Shown here: piece after piece, positions 54,795 through 64,000 of the stretch
How positions within the stretch are numbered: the stretch's first letter is position 1
Layout of the letters: each line of letters opens with the position of its first letter
NCBI GenBank assembly: GCA_049969495.1
Contig: JBMFOT010000007.1
Location: forward strand, 1,689 to 65,688
Direction: 5' to 3'
DNA from: Armatimonadota bacterium
GTDB taxonomy: Bacteria > Armatimonadota > HRBIN16
DNA: 64,000 nucleotides
The notes under the pieces: generated by a model
What the model was told of the DNA's origin: nothing
Seen by the model: only the letters and a program-made list of their open reading frames with translations
The model's database searches: none
Translations under genes and position numbers: made by a program

Positions 54795-55766
54795 TCAGCC
54801 TGTTGCAGCGGCGTAAGCCTCGTACACGATTTCCACCGCACGCAAGCCGTCGTAGCCGGTCACCTGAAGCTCAGTTCTGCCCAGACAGGCATCCACGAAG
54901 TGCTGTATCTCCCCGACAAAGCGGTCAGGACCGGACTCCTCCAGCGGTTGCCAGTCGTCCATTCTGTTCGTTTTGTAACGGCTCTTGAAGCCGTCCCAGT
55001 AGTGCACCATTGCCGCGCCTTCCGTGCCGTACACTTCCACCACGTTGAATCCGGCGGCGAGCACCCAGCTGGCTTCTACTACGCCCATACGGTTGTCTGC
55101 GGTAGACAACAGGGCGATAGCGGTATCTTCCACCTCCCCGATAGCGGGATTCGTTTGGCGGGTGACCGCCTGCACGCGAGCGACCTCACCCACCAGAAAG
55201 CGGAAAAGGTCTATGCTATGAACGCTGGTATCCATCAGCACTCCGCCGCCGGCGACCTCCTTATCGGAGAACCACCGTTCCTCGACCCCTTTGAACGGGC
55301 CGGCGAAGCGATTACGGAACATCACCACTTCGCCCAGATCTCCCGACTCAATAAGTCGCTTCAGAGCCACTATCGGGGGGTGGAAGCGGTGGCAGAAAGC
55401 GGTCATCAGCTTCACGCCTTTCTCTTCGGCAGCGTGTACTATCTGACGGGCAGCATCAGGCTGGTGCGCCAAGGGCTTCTCGCACAGCACATGCAAGCCG
55501 TGTTCTATCGCCAGCGAGGCTGCCTCCAGGTGGGCGGAGGGCGGCGTACAGATGTCCACCGCGTCCAGCTCCACGTGACGAAGCATCTGTTCCACGTCGC
55601 GGAACGCCTGCGCCCCTACTTGCTGTGCTGCGGTGCGGGCGGACTCCTCATCGATATCGACTATCGCCACGATTTGCGCTTCGCGCACGTGCTTGTAGCT
55701 GGCGAGGTGTGTTCGTCCGATGCCTCCAGCACCAATCAACCCAACGCGTAGTGTATGGTTGCTCAC
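54795..55766 (-). CDS. Gfo/Idh/MocA family oxidoreductase
   Basis: VGLIGAGGIG, VLCEKP, GGGVLMDTSVHSID. Confidence 0.93.
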   Translation of the reverse strand: MSNHTLRVGLIGAGGIGRTHLASYKHVREAQIVAIVDIDEESARTAAQQVGAQAFRDVEQMLRHVELDAVDICTPPSAHLEAASLAIEHGLHVLCEKPLAHQPDAARQIVHAAEEKGVKLMTAFCHRFHPPIVALKRLIESGDLGEVVMFRNRFAGPFKGVEERWFSDKEVAGGGVLMDTSVHSIDLFRFLVGEVARVQAVTRQTNPAIGEVEDTAIALLSTADNRMGVVEASWVLAAGFNVVEVYGTEGAAMVHYWDGFKSRYKTNRMDDWQPLEESGPDRFVGEIQHFVDACLGRTELQVTGYDGLRAVEIVYEAYAAATG

Positions 55767-56602
55767 GATGCATGAACCTCCTGTAGAATCTTTCGAATGT
55801 TATCCAGACTTCTTTGCACGCCTGCTGTGGCTTTCTCCATACCCAGATACTCCACGCTAAAGGGCCCACGAAAGCCTCCAGAAATCAGAGCCTCTATACA
55901 TCTCCGGATATCTATTTCGCCATCGCCTACCGTAGTTCCCTCATACACCTCACCCGTTACCGAGCGATAGGGATACCCCTTTTGGTAGCCCTTCCGTGCG
56001 CGGCGCATGTCGTTGAGGTGAGCCAGTTTGCACAGGTCCGCTACCGACGCGCACTCGCGCACAGGGTCCAGCCCCATCAGCAAAAAGGTGCATACATCCG
56101 CGTTGACCCCGAAAGCGGCGGAGTTTACCTGCTCGGTAACGTATCGAAACGTCTCGGCGGAGTACACTACGTCCTCATGCGGTTCCAGCACCACCGTAAT
56201 ACCGGCGTTGTGTGCATAGCGTGCTGCTGAAGACACCGATTCCACCACCATCTGCAAGGCGTCTTCGTAAGCGATGCCGTTTTTGATTTTTCCCGGCAGC
56301 AACCGTACTATCTCCGCTCCAACACGCACTGCTTCCTCTATCGCTGCGTATGCCAGTTTAATCTGCTGCTGTCTGCTCTCGGGGTCCAGGTGTACGAAGT
56401 CGGTCGCGGTGTCATACGCACACACGCGAATACCGAAATCACGCAAAGAGGATAGAGGCTGTCCCGCAGACACCCAGAGGTAGTCCACCAGTTCTACGGT
56501 ATCTATTCCCATCTCGTGGCATGTGGCAGCGAAGCGTTCGACATCCATCTGACGCCGCTGAAAATCCAGAGCGAAACTCCACATGCTGAGACAGAGGTTC
56601 AT
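55763..56602 (-). CDS. Sugar phosphate isomerase/epimerase (xylose isomerase-like TIM barrel)
   Basis: VVLEPHE, NADVCTF, AHLNDM, FSVEY metal ligands; start at MNLCLSMW. Confidence 0.85.
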   Translation of the reverse strand: MNLCLSMWSFALDFQRRQMDVERFAATCHEMGIDTVELVDYLWVSAGQPLSSLRDFGIRVCAYDTATDFVHLDPESRQQQIKLAYAAIEEAVRVGAEIVRLLPGKIKNGIAYEDALQMVVESVSSAARYAHNAGITVVLEPHEDVVYSAETFRYVTEQVNSAAFGVNADVCTFLLMGLDPVRECASVADLCKLAHLNDMRRARKGYQKGYPYRSVTGEVYEGTTVGDGEIDIRRCIEALISGGFRGPFSVEYLGMEKATAGVQRSLDNIRKILQEVHAS

Positions 56603-56636
56603 CGAGGGGGTAACGTCCTCCCCTGACGTTGTCTGA

Positions 56637-56669
56637 AGGTAGTATACCTGATACAATTGCTGTCGTCAA
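56637..56669 (-). promoter_or_regulatory. Sigma70 promoter with an overlapping palindrome in the divergent region
   Basis: TTGACG-N17-TATACT (minus strand); AGGTA-GTA-TACCT at 56637-56649 covers the -10. Confidence 0.7.
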
Positions 56670-56724
56670 ATGGCAACAGGAACGCCTGTATCCACCTGCG
56701 AATCGGGGATAAAAGGAGGGCAAT

Positions 56725-57702
56725 ATGCGCGTTATCACCTTTGGCGAGACGATGCTTCGGCTGTCTCCGGCGGGCTATCAACGGTTCGCGCAGGCGGAGC
56801 GGTTCGAGATAGCGGTTGCTGGCACGGAAAGCAATACCGCCGCTGTGCTGGCGCAGCTGGGTGTTTCAGTTACATGGCTCTCTCGCCTGCCTGACAATCC
56901 GCTCGGGCGTCTGGTAGCACAGAGATTGCGCGCGCTAGGTGTGGACGTGGAGCAGGTAACATGGGACGCCGATAGCCGACTGGGGCTGTATTTTGTGGAA
57001 GCGGGCGTGACGCCTCGTCCCACGCGCGTGCTTTACGACCGCAAAGGTTCCGCCATGAGTGGGTGGAAGCGCGGCGAATGGGACTGGCGCGCTCTGCTGA
57101 AAGGTGTGAACCTGCTTCACGCTACAGGCATTACCCCTGCTCTCAGCGAAGGTTGCCTTGAAGCCACCCGCGAAGCGTTGCAAATCGCGCGGGAGATGAG
57201 CGTGCCGGTTTCGTTTGACCTGAACTACCGTTCCTTGCTCTGGTCGCCTCAGGAGGCGCGTCGGGCGCTGGAACCGCTCCTTTCGCTGGTACAGGTGCTG
57301 ATAGTGTCTCCTGCCGACGCACGCACGGTGCTGGGGGTAGATGCCGAAGATACCGAAATCGCTGTACAGGTACAGCGGCGCTATAGCATTCCTGTGGTAG
57401 CCACCCCCTTGCGCGACCAGCAATCGGCGACGGCAGGAAGGCGCTACAGCGTGGTGGTGAGCGCGCAGAAGGTATGGCAATCGGCAGGTTGTCCCTTTGA
57501 GGTGGTGGACCCTATCGGTAGCGGCGATGCGTATGATGCGGGCTTTTTGTACGGCTACCTGCAAGGCGACATCGAACTGGCGATGCGTTGCGCCGACATT
57601 CTATCCGCCCTCAAGCACACTGTGCCGGGAGATGTGTTGTTTACTTCGCCGGAGGAGCTTCGGCAACTGCTGCAGGGTATCCCCAGAGGAATCATCCGAT
57701 AA
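56725..57702 (+). CDS. kdgK: PfkB-family sugar kinase, 2-keto-3-deoxygluconate kinase-like
   Basis: FGETMLRL, AGTESN, SFDLNYRSLLW, VDPIGSGDAYDAG. Confidence 0.8.
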   Translation: MRVITFGETMLRLSPAGYQRFAQAERFEIAVAGTESNTAAVLAQLGVSVTWLSRLPDNPLGRLVAQRLRALGVDVEQVTWDADSRLGLYFVEAGVTPRPTRVLYDRKGSAMSGWKRGEWDWRALLKGVNLLHATGITPALSEGCLEATREALQIAREMSVPVSFDLNYRSLLWSPQEARRALEPLLSLVQVLIVSPADARTVLGVDAEDTEIAVQVQRRYSIPVVATPLRDQQSATAGRRYSVVVSAQKVWQSAGCPFEVVDPIGSGDAYDAGFLYGYLQGDIELAMRCADILSALKHTVPGDVLFTSPEELRQLLQGIPRGIIR

Positions 57703-57768
57703 CACGAGCGGATACAGCGCGTCTATCCGCCAAAGTGCAGGGGCACGGCAGTGCCGTGCCCCTGATTA

Positions 57769-59571
57769 CTACCCGTACAGCGGTCCGAACGTCTGGCAGG
57801 CGCGGTAGTCTGCCGCTTCGGCGTCGGAAGTGCCGAACAACCCCCAGGCGTGTGGGCGGAAGATGCGTTCAGGGGGTACGTTGTGCATGGCCACCGGAAT
57901 ACGCAAAGCCGATGCCAGTGTAATCAGCTCCGCGCCGATGTGTCCGTAGCTCAGCGTGCCGTGATTCGCCGCCCAGTGTGCCATCACCGTGTACGCGTCG
58001 CGGAACGCCCCTTGCCCCGTGACATTCGGCACGAACCAGGTGGTCGGCCAGGTGGGGTTGGTGCGCTCATCCAGAACGGTATGCACCTCGTCCGGCAGTT
58101 CGATGGTGTACCCTTCCGCAATCTGCAGCACCGGTCCCAGCCCATGTACCAACCCCAGGCGGAACATGGTCGCGGGCATTCCGCCGCGGGTACGGAAGCG
58201 GGTAGACCATCCGCCGCCCCGGAAGTACTCCAGCATCGCACAGTGCCATGTGGTGGCTTGCAGGCAGCGGTCTACCTCCTCGGAGGTCACGTCCCACCAT
58301 GGCTTGATAGCGGGCTTGCCGTCTATCTCCTGCTGTCCGGTACCGTCCAGCGCAGCGGGTCCGGAGTTGATGAGGTGGATGAATCCGCCCTCTGCCATAC
58401 CTGTCGGTGTCCAGCCGGTCACGCGCTTGACAGCATCCGGGCTCCAGTAGGTGCGCACATCGGCAAAGATTTGCGCCGTGCCCGTCAGCAGGTGTCCCCA
58501 CAACATGCAGATGCCGTTGAGATGGTCGTTCTCGGTAGCAAGGATGTAAGGCTGACGGACGCCGTTCCAGTCAAATGACGAGTTCAGGATCGCCTCCATG
58601 AAGTCGCCGTTAGGCAGGTGGTCGGTCCACTGGCGCTGTCCCTGGAAGCCTCCGGCGATGCCGTTGAAGCCCAACGCCTCCTCCTCGTAGCCGAGTTGAG
58701 CCAGCCTGGGGTTGCCCACCATCAGGTCGCGGGCGATCAATGCCATCTTCACGCTGATTTCCCATGCGCGGTCCTTTTCAGCACGGCTCATCTGCTTGTC
58801 GGGCGGGTTGTAGTCTTTGCCCTCTTTGCAGTATTCCTTCACCCACGCCATTGCACGGCGGAACTCCTCCTGGTCGTAGATTCCGCGCTCCATGCGTCGC
58901 ACAAACTCCACCATGTCGACGGTCATGACACTCATGCCCAGATAGCGCTGCAGGAAGTGCTGGTCTACCAGCGATCCCGCGATACCCATTGACACGTTGC
59001 CCATCGAGACGTACGTCTTGCCTCGCATGGTAGCGACCGCCAGCCCCGCTTTGGCAAAGCGCAGCAGCTTCTCTTTTACGTCGTCAGGGATGGAGGTATC
59101 GGTGGCATCCTGTACGTCGCGCCCGTAGATGCTGAAAGCGGGCAAGCCTTTTTGTGCGTGTGCAGCCATCACCGCCGCCAGATAGACTGCGCCCGGGCGC
59201 TCCGTGCCGTTAAATCCCCATACCGCTTTGGGGCGATAGGGGTCAAAGTCCATCGTTTCATAGCCGTAGCACCAGCAGGGTGTGACGGTGATGCTGACGC
59301 CAACGCCCTCTCTCTGGAACTTCTGTTCGCAGGCGGCGTTCTCTGCCAGACCGCCGATGCAGGTATCGGCGATCACGCATTCCACAGGCAAACCGCACGC
59401 ATGGCGCAGGTTTTCTGTAAGCAGTTTGGCGACCGACTGCGCCATCGCCATCGTTTGCCCTTCCAGACTTTCGCGGACGCCCTGTCGCCTTCCGTCGATA
59501 GTGGGACGAATGCCGATTTTGGGCAGGTCGCCCTTCAGCCGATTGACAGGCGGGTTCTTCGGATGTGCCAT
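57769..59571 (-). CDS. fucI: L-fucose isomerase
   Basis: [61 protein letters not shown]. Confidence 0.96.
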   Translation of the reverse strand: MAHPKNPPVNRLKGDLPKIGIRPTIDGRRQGVRESLEGQTMAMAQSVAKLLTENLRHACGLPVECVIADTCIGGLAENAACEQKFQREGVGVSITVTPCWCYGYETMDFDPYRPKAVWGFNGTERPGAVYLAAVMAAHAQKGLPAFSIYGRDVQDATDTSIPDDVKEKLLRFAKAGLAVATMRGKTYVSMGNVSMGIAGSLVDQHFLQRYLGMSVMTVDMVEFVRRMERGIYDQEEFRRAMAWVKEYCKEGKDYNPPDKQMSRAEKDRAWEISVKMALIARDLMVGNPRLAQLGYEEEALGFNGIAGGFQGQRQWTDHLPNGDFMEAILNSSFDWNGVRQPYILATENDHLNGICMLWGHLLTGTAQIFADVRTYWSPDAVKRVTGWTPTGMAEGGFIHLINSGPAALDGTGQQEIDGKPAIKPWWDVTSEEVDRCLQATTWHCAMLEYFRGGGWSTRFRTRGGMPATMFRLGLVHGLGPVLQIAEGYTIELPDEVHTVLDERTNPTWPTTWFVPNVTGQGAFRDAYTVMAHWAANHGTLSYGHIGAELITLASALRIPVAMHNVPPERIFRPHAWGLFGTSDAEAADYRACQTFGPLYG

Positions 59572-59660
59572 GGGTTATCCCTCCTCGATGAGGTGAGTTC
59601 TCGAAGCGTTCTGATTAGCGATTCGGGGCAGGGCAGGGGGAGTCCTTTTCCCCGGTGCCG

Positions 59661-60698
59661 TTACTTCGGCGGGGCAACGCTCTGGCGAACGACCATTTCG
59701 GCAGGGAACAGCACGATTTCACGCACTCGCTTGCCCGTCTCAATCTGATTTATCAGTAACTCTGCAGCTTTCACTCCAATTTGACGTGTTGGCTGGCGCA
59801 TGGTGGTCAGCGGAGGTGTTACCCACTGTGCGGTATCGATATCGTCAAAGCCCATGAGGGAAATATCTTCGGGAACGCGCAGCCCCTTTTGATAGATAGA
59901 TTCCAGAGCTCCCATCGCCATCCAGTCGTTGCCGCACACAACTGCCGTCAACTCCGGAGCCTCGCTGAGCAGCTGTTCCATCGCCTCTTTACCGGAGGGG
60001 GGCGTGTAGAATCCTTCCACTACCCAGCTTGGCTTCACCTCGATACCTGCATCCTGCATTGCCTGACGGTATGCCTGCAGTCGCCTCTTTGCACTCCATT
60101 GCGTTTGCGGGCCGGCGATGTGCCCGATATGCCGATGTCCCAGATCAATCAGCCAGCATACTGCCTGGTAAATCGCCGAGGTATCGTCTACATCCACGCA
60201 GGATAAGGGTATATCGGGCAGGGTGCTGCCCACGACCACCGCAGGTATGTTTGCCTGCCGTGCCCATTGTAATGCGGCGCTATGTGTGCGAGGCGCCACC
60301 AGCACCACGCCGTCTACCGAGCCATCGTCCACGTGTGCCAGGAAGCTATCAGGGCGCTGTTGATACAACATGCTGACTATCTTAATGGGATAGTTACGCG
60401 GCACGGTATATTCCAGAATGCCTTCCAGCACCGACATCACGTACGGGTCCAGCACCAGCTCCTTTCGCTCTTCCAGAATTACCCCAATGGTATCTGTGCG
60501 CTGGCGGATCAGACTACGTGCCACCGAGCTAGGACGATAGCCCAGCTCGCGCACCGCCTGCCATACGCGCTCTGCGGTCTCCGGAGAATAGAGATGGCTT
60601 TTGTTCTGCAGCACGTTAGAGACCGTAGCGACCGATACCCCGCTACGTGCGGCAACCTCCTTAATAGTGCATCGCTTGCGCTGGACGGACATCCTCAT
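59661..60698 (-). CDS. LacI-family transcriptional regulator
   Basis: TIKEVAARSGVSVATVS, GYRPSSVARSL, GFDD, PLTTMRQP. Confidence 0.96.
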   Translation of the reverse strand: MRMSVQRKRCTIKEVAARSGVSVATVSNVLQNKSHLYSPETAERVWQAVRELGYRPSSVARSLIRQRTDTIGVILEERKELVLDPYVMSVLEGILEYTVPRNYPIKIVSMLYQQRPDSFLAHVDDGSVDGVVLVAPRTHSAALQWARQANIPAVVVGSTLPDIPLSCVDVDDTSAIYQAVCWLIDLGHRHIGHIAGPQTQWSAKRRLQAYRQAMQDAGIEVKPSWVVEGFYTPPSGKEAMEQLLSEAPELTAVVCGNDWMAMGALESIYQKGLRVPEDISLMGFDDIDTAQWVTPPLTTMRQPTRQIGVKAAELLINQIETGKRVREIVLFPAEMVVRQSVAPPK

Positions 60699-60707
60699 TC
60701 CCTTCCA

Positions 60708-60758
60708 TTAATCGTTTAAGCACACTGTCATTGTAACAAACCTGTTCAGGGATGTCAA
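60708..60758 (-). promoter_or_regulatory. Promoter of the LacI gene plus a candidate auto-operator
   Basis: TTGACA-N17-TACAAT with extended TG (minus strand, 60758-60730); CG-centred imperfect palindrome TTAATCGTTTAA at 60708-60719, downstream of the predicted start site. Confidence 0.75.
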
Positions 60759-60762
60759 GCAT

Positions 60763-62265
60763 CTAAAGAGTGCTCTCCTGAGGCTCCTCTGCCTCCTCTT
60801 CCTCTACCTCCGTCGGAGTGACCTCGATGCGCAGCTTGCGAATGCGTCTGCCGTCTGCTTCCTCCACCACGAAATTGGCGCGACCGTAGGCAATCTGCTC
60901 ACCCGCCTGTGCGGGTCTACCAAACAGCCCGAACACGAACCCGCCAATGGTATCGTATTCGTCGGTGGGCAGATGCAGACCTGTCTTATCGTTCACGTCG
61001 TCCACCGGCGTGCGTCCGTCGGCGCGGTAGGTATGGTTATCCAGCTGCTCAAACGGCGTCTCCTCCGTATCGTACTCATCGTGGATTTCGCCGACCAACT
61101 CTTCTAGGATGTCCTCCAGCGTGACCAGCCCCGAGGTGCCACCGTACTCGTCGCGCACGATGGCAATCTGTGTCTTCTTCGCCCGGAACTCGCGCATCAG
61201 CTCGTCGACCTTCTTGGTCTCCGGGATGAAATACGGTGGGCGCATCACTTTGCGCAGGTCAAAGGGCTCCAGATGTGGGTAGAGCCTCAGCAGGTCCTTA
61301 GCATAAACGACGCCGATAATGTTATCTACCGTGCCCTCATAAACGGGGATACGCGAATGTCCCGTATTGCGGATAATGTCCAGCACCTCTTGCAAGGAGG
61401 CTTCTACCGGCACGCAGTGCATATCGATGCGCGGCGTCATCACCTTGCGCACGATAGTGTCAGGGAACTCCAGCACGGACTGAATCATCTCGCGCTCTTC
61501 TTCCTCAATCACTCCCTGTTCCTCACCGGCGTCCACCAGACTGATAATCTCTTCGGGAGTGAGCACGCGCGGGGAGAAGTCTACCCGTACCTTCAAAGGC
61601 TTCACCATCGCGTTGCTAAGCGCGATCACCGTCACCACCAGAGGCGACAAAAGCCACGTGCAGACCCATAGCGGACGCGCCAGGCGCAACGCCACTTTTT
61701 CGGCATACTTCTCGGCGATGGTGCGAGGTACGAGGGTGCCCGCTATCAGCGCCAGCAAGCCCGTCAGCACGGTGACAAGAAACACTGCTACCGGTTCCGA
61801 GTGCCTTTGCCACCAATCAGCCTCTGAGAGAAGCCGGAGGAGCAGGGCAGCTCCTCGAGACAGACCCGTTGCCGCCACCGCCGCTGCCAGAAAACTGCTC
61901 AGCACCATACCGATTTGCGCGGTGGCGATGGATCGGTCGGGGGCGGCAAGTAGTCTCTCCACCAGCCGCGCATTGGGCACGCCTTCCTCTACTAGGTCAC
62001 GCACCCGCGGACCGTGCATCGCGCGCAGCGCACTGTCCACCATCGCAAAGAAGGCGGTCGCCAGTATCAGCACCACCACCCACAGTAGGTCGCGCAGGTA
62101 ATGCGTTTGTTCGGTGGTCTGTTCCGTTGAAGAGGTTCCCTGTGCATACAGGGCGCCAGCCACCAGCAATATCAGCCATACCCAGCGATAAGGTTGGGGA
62201 CTGGGACTATCGGACTCTTCTTTCTGTGTTGTCAAGGTTGTTCTTGCGCCTCCTTCCTCGTTCAT
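60763..62265 (-). CDS. Hemolysin/TlyC family protein (CNNM-CBS-CorC)
   Basis: DUF21 TMs, VMTPRID, HSRIPVY, DEYGGTSGLVTLEDILEELVGEIHDEYD. Confidence 0.93.
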   Translation of the reverse strand: MNEEGGARTTLTTQKEESDSPSPQPYRWVWLILLVAGALYAQGTSSTEQTTEQTHYLRDLLWVVVLILATAFFAMVDSALRAMHGPRVRDLVEEGVPNARLVERLLAAPDRSIATAQIGMVLSSFLAAAVAATGLSRGAALLLRLLSEADWWQRHSEPVAVFLVTVLTGLLALIAGTLVPRTIAEKYAEKVALRLARPLWVCTWLLSPLVVTVIALSNAMVKPLKVRVDFSPRVLTPEEIISLVDAGEEQGVIEEEEREMIQSVLEFPDTIVRKVMTPRIDMHCVPVEASLQEVLDIIRNTGHSRIPVYEGTVDNIIGVVYAKDLLRLYPHLEPFDLRKVMRPPYFIPETKKVDELMREFRAKKTQIAIVRDEYGGTSGLVTLEDILEELVGEIHDEYDTEETPFEQLDNHTYRADGRTPVDDVNDKTGLHLPTDEYDTIGGFVFGLFGRPAQAGEQIAYGRANFVVEEADGRRIRKLRIEVTPTEVEEEEAEEPQESTL

Positions 62266-62963
62266 GCCAGCCAGTAGATGGCTCCCGCTAGCAGCACCGC
62301 CACCAGCGCACCCAGCAGCACCTCCTGCAGGCTATGGATGCGCCCTTCCACCCGGCTCTGGGCAATGAGCGCCGCCATGCTCAGCGCGAGTATCGCCATC
62401 AACAGGTTATTGGAGAGGAAGATAATGGTCATTGCCATGAAGAAACCCAGCGCACTGTGACCGCTGATAATGCCCCCATGCAGTAACGAGCCTTTGCGTC
62501 CGAATACTTTGCCCAGAATAATAATCAACAATAGCAACACCGTGCCCACCACCAGCGTCACCATCGGCTCCGGTTTGTGCTCTTGCAGGTTCAGGCGGAT
62601 TTCGTCCAGATGCTGTTCGGTCAGGAAGAGCAGAAAACCCACCACAATGGCGTTCACGGTAGTGACCAGCACCGCCCCTGCCGCGATGTCCTTTGCCAGT
62701 TTCGCCAGCGGATGATAGGTATCGGTAATCAGGTCGACGATGGCTTCCACTGCGGTATTGAACATCTCCGCCACCAGCACCATCGACACGGTGAATAGCA
62801 GGATCACCATCTCGGTCTTATCCAGCCGGAACAACAGCCCCACCAGAAGCACCAGCACCACGCTGAAAAAGTGAAAGCGCATGTGCTTCTGCGTGCGGAA
62901 GGTGTAGATGATGCCCTCGACGGCGTAACGGAAGCTATCCAGCGGGTTCTTGGCAATTCTCAT
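62262..62963 (-). CDS. dgkA: Diacylglycerol/undecaprenol kinase fused to a PAP2 domain
   Basis: EMFNTAVEAIVD, AKDIAAGAV, then SGHSA and RVEGRIHSLQEV. Confidence 0.9.
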   Translation of the reverse strand: MRIAKNPLDSFRYAVEGIIYTFRTQKHMRFHFFSVVLVLLVGLLFRLDKTEMVILLFTVSMVLVAEMFNTAVEAIVDLITDTYHPLAKLAKDIAAGAVLVTTVNAIVVGFLLFLTEQHLDEIRLNLQEHKPEPMVTLVVGTVLLLLIIILGKVFGRKGSLLHGGIISGHSALGFFMAMTIIFLSNNLLMAILALSMAALIAQSRVEGRIHSLQEVLLGALVAVLLAGAIYWLA

Positions 62964-63430
62964 ACGGTATCACGCCCCGGTTGGGTGGCTTGTACCACTG
63001 CCCAGCCTCGCCGATACATCTGCTCGTAGCCCTCTTGGCTTTCGTCCTCGTAGCCCAGCAGATGCAGCACCCCATGCACCGCCAGAAAGGCCACTTCCTC
63101 CTCCAGCGTGCGTCCTCCTGCCTGTGCCTGGCGCAAGGCGGTCGGCACCGAAATGTATACCTCGCCCAGCGGCGGCTCGTCCTCCAGCGTGGAGAGGTCC
63201 ACCTGTGTCTCCTGCGCGGACGCCTCACGCAGGGAGAAAGAGAGCACATCTGTCGGCTCGTCCTTGCCGCGATAGGTGCGGTTCAGCGAGCGAATCTGTT
63301 CGTCATCTGTTAACACGATGCTGACGTCCCCCTTACTCCAGCCTTCCTGGCGCAGTAAGAGGCGTATCGCTCGGCGCATCCACGAGCGATTCAGACGGTG
63401 TGGCTGTCGGTTCGTGATCGTAATGCGCAT
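62960..63430 (-). CDS. ybeY: rRNA maturation endoribonuclease YbeY
   Basis: LNRTYRGKDEPTDVLSF, HGVLHLLGY. Confidence 0.95.
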   Translation of the reverse strand: MRITITNRQPHRLNRSWMRRAIRLLLRQEGWSKGDVSIVLTDDEQIRSLNRTYRGKDEPTDVLSFSLREASAQETQVDLSTLEDEPPLGEVYISVPTALRQAQAGGRTLEEEVAFLAVHGVLHLLGYEDESQEGYEQMYRRGWAVVQATQPGRDTV

Positions 63431-64000
63431 GGGTCACCGCTGCCGACGAAGGATACTCCACACGCGAGTGGAGCATCGCCACCAGTAATCGGCAGAACGC
63501 CTCCTGAATCTTATGTACCTCGCGGAATGTTAAGCTGCACTCGTCCAACTGTCCATCGGCTATCTTTTCCTGAATAATATGCTCCACCAGGCTTTCGATA
63601 CGCGCGGGTGTCGGGCGCGAGAGCGAGCGTGACGCCGCCTCCACCGCGTCCGCCAGCATCACGATGGCTGCTTCCTTGCTCTGCGGTTTTGGTCCGCTGT
63701 AGCGAAACTGCTGTTCCAGCACAGGGGTGTGCATCTCGCAACCTGCCAACGCCTGCTGATAGAAGAAGGAGATCAGGCTGGTTCCGTGATGCTGGGCGAT
63801 GATGTCGCGAATGGGGCGGGGCAGGCGATACTGGTCCGCCAGATCCAGACCGTCCTTCACGTGTGCGGCGATAATCAGCGCGGAGAGGGACGGGGTGAGG
63901 CGGTCGTGCACGTTCTCCATGCGCTGGTTCTCGATGAAGAACTCGGGACGACGCATCTTGCCCACGTCGTGGTAGTAACAACCCACTCGCGCCAGCAGGC
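63333..64000 (-). CDS. HD-family phosphohydrolase (PgpH-like, c-di-AMP phosphodiesterase family), C-terminal part
   Basis: YYHDVGK, IIAAHVKDG, QHHGTS, YSGPKPQSKEAAIVMLADAVEAA; runs off the window end; typical position before ybeY-dgkA. Confidence 0.88.
   Translation of the reverse strand, partial: LLARVGCYYHDVGKMRRPEFFIENQRMENVHDRLTPSLSALIIAAHVKDGLDLADQYRLPRPIRDIIAQHHGTSLISFFYQQALAGCEMHTPVLEQQFRYSGPKPQSKEAAIVMLADAVEAASRSLSRPTPARIESLVEHIIQEKIADGQLDECSLTFREVHKIQEAFCRLLVAMLHSRVEYPSSAAVTHAHYDHEPTATPSESLVDAPSDTPLTAPGRLE

Noticed and set aside
59620-59655. G/C-rich stretch between lacI and fucI as a third family-A element
   Set aside because: It is too short and degenerate and lacks the shared terminal sequences.
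62262-62963. DgkA-PAP2 fusion as a novelty
   Set aside because: This fusion is already known in the ybeY-dgkA context of Firmicutes-like operons.
168-63981. Numerous overlapping alternative-frame and antisense ORFs in the track (e.g. 5697-6827, 36674-37795, 40193-41653)
   Set aside because: They shadow well-supported genes, have Arg/Ala/Pro-rich GC-driven composition and carry no family motifs.
1-64000. CRISPR array, tRNA/rRNA, prophage, integrase or transposase
   Set aside because: No regularly spaced repeat-spacer series, cloverleaf, rRNA signature or mobile-element protein motif was recognised by eye.

Overview
About 50 genes from a GC-rich bacterial chromosome. The lineage is probably a thermophilic Armatimonadota member; this is inferred from diderm markers (kdsB, lipoproteins, a beta-barrel-like protein) occurring with a Terrabacteria-type HD-phosphohydrolase/ybeY/dgkA/hemolysin operon and many secreted glycan enzymes. 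Glycan and sugar genes: heparinase II/III-like, GH38, GH106-like, fucI, kdgK-like, LacI. Housekeeping genes: purC, rpoZ, dnaJ, nnr, kdsB, pntA1/A2/B, two trkA. There is also a tandem pair of membrane FHA proteins and a 3690-aa CARDB/PKD/FlgD surface protein with a small FlgD-module partner and a lipoprotein. No tRNA, rRNA, CRISPR array, prophage or transposase was seen. Hidden structure: (1) at least four gene remnants, including a GH51 gene whose first and last ~50 codons are fused out of frame and a radical-SAM gene missing its core; (2) four families of short palindromic REP/MITE-like elements, two copies of which lie inside reading frames; (3) several near-consensus sigma70 promoters with overlapping candidate operators, including a perfect AGTATAC-N4-GTATACT palindrome before an SPL-family repair gene. 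All product calls come from motif recognition, not database searches.
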